DNA of 38,690 nucleotides from a virus (Duplodnaviria; Caudoviricetes). Position numbers and translations under genes: made by a program. The DNA lies in the IMG/VR virus record IMGVR_UViG_3300030330_005710, positions 1-38,690 of that record. One strand, 5' to 3'. Each line of letters starts with the position of its first letter. Positions within the stretch are counted from its first letter, which is position 1. Positions 37,903 to 38,690 of the stretch are shown here, in pieces. The notes below the pieces were generated by a model. The model saw only the letters and a program-made list of their open reading frames with translations. It was not told where the DNA came from and searched no databases.

Positions 37903-38353
37903 TTTTTTTATGTGCCTCCTTCATGGATAAATACATCCTATTTTCCCGTGCCTCTTTCCAGCGGTCATAAAAAACTCTAGCACTATTAGCTTTCTCACAG
38001 GTTAAGGCGTCTGGCTCTTGAGGCAGGACACTGCCATCATCGGCATACTTTTTACCATCTCTATGGTTAGCGTATCGACGAGCACGAGTGAAACCCATAT
38101 GTAGAAATTTCTTGGCCATATCTGCACCCACAAAATCACCTTGTTCTACGAACTCGTAAAACATCTTTAGGATTGTCTGACTTGAAACCTCTGCTTCTGG
38201 AACAGTTTTGAATCGCCAGTGAGCACAGATCTCTGATTTATAAGGTTCGCAAATCAGAACGCCCTGCTGTCCTCTGCCAATACGATATAGGTGCGGATTC
38301 TGACGATAATCAACTTCAGGATTCCACTTCTTGAAATATTCTTCACCAACCAT
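37889..38353 (-). CDS. DUF4385 family protein
   Basis: DYRQNPHLYRIGRGQQGVL.CEPYKSEI..HWRFKT, DFVGADMAKKFLHMGFTRARRYANH. Confidence 0.85.
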   Translation of the reverse strand: MVGEEYFKKWNPEVDYRQNPHLYRIGRGQQGVLICEPYKSEICAHWRFKTVPEAEVSSQTILKMFYEFVEQGDFVGADMAKKFLHMGFTRARRYANHRDGKKYADDGSVLPQEPDALTCEKANSARVFYDRWKEARENRMYLSMKEAHKKIEQG

Positions 38354-38361
38354 TAGTCCTC

Positions 38362-38670
38362 CTATTGACTGACAAAAGCATAACCCGATTGTTGCTCAAT
38401 GTCAATAGTCTTTTTATTTGTTGCCTTCAAAATTTTAGCCGAGATATGTGTCTCGCCTTGATCAAGCGCTTTTTGTAATCTGTGGTTTCCATCAAGGATA
38501 CTCTGGAACTTATCGTCTTTTGCTACCACGATTATTGGAAAGGATAAATCTGCTTTCTGTTTTCGGTCGGGCTCAATAGTGCTCCTGCGAAGATGAGTTA
38601 AGGACGCAACCTCCAACGAAATGATTGGTTCGTCCTGTAATTCTTCTAGGACTTCTTGTATCGTTGTCAT
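38362..38670 (-). CDS. ParB/Srx N-terminal domain-like protein
   Basis: PIIVV......ILDGNHRL.KA motif; 102 aa. Confidence 0.7.
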   Translation of the reverse strand: MTTIQEVLEELQDEPIISLEVASLTHLRRSTIEPDRKQKADLSFPIIVVAKDDKFQSILDGNHRLQKALDQGETHISAKILKATNKKTIDIEQQSGYAFVSQ

Positions 38671-38690
38671 GTTTCCTTGGTCGTCTTCCC

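Noticed and set aside
1-38690. Stop-codon reassignment
   Set aside because: Core genes are full length in code 11, and TAA, TAG and TGA all end genes at sensible positions.
1-38690. CRISPR arrays, tRNAs, introns, inteins, transposases
   Set aside because: No spaced repeats or cloverleaf seen in the short intergenic gaps; terL, portal and polymerase appear uninterrupted. Inspection was by eye only.

Overview
A 38.7 kb segment of a large T4-like (myovirus) phage genome with essentially all genes on the minus strand and the standard genetic code. In transcription order (right to left): small accessory genes (ParB-N-like, DUF4385, DUF1415-like, DUF523/TudS-like, a 59-aa ORF missed by the track); a holin-like/membrane-protein cassette with a tubulin/FtsZ-superfamily GTPase in its middle; large terminase, portal, prohead protease, a fibre-like protein, ribosomal protein bS21, scaffold and major capsid protein; neck and tail terminator, sheath, tube, a gp26-like chaperone with an apparent frameshift extension, tape measure, two paralogous tube-initiator-like proteins, a LysM/gp53-like protein and a large hub-like protein; then a compact family A DNA polymerase, a second degenerate tubulin-like protein, a gp32-like SSB and RecA/UvsX (truncated by the window edge). 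The most notable observations are a start-less 59-codon ORF reachable by a +1/-2 shift on a U7 run, two tubulin-family genes in different contexts, bS21 alongside strong Shine-Dalgarno use, a recurring ACTATTTA upstream motif, and [ST]GS enrichment in exposed virion proteins. All assignments come from motif recognition and gene order; no database searches were run.
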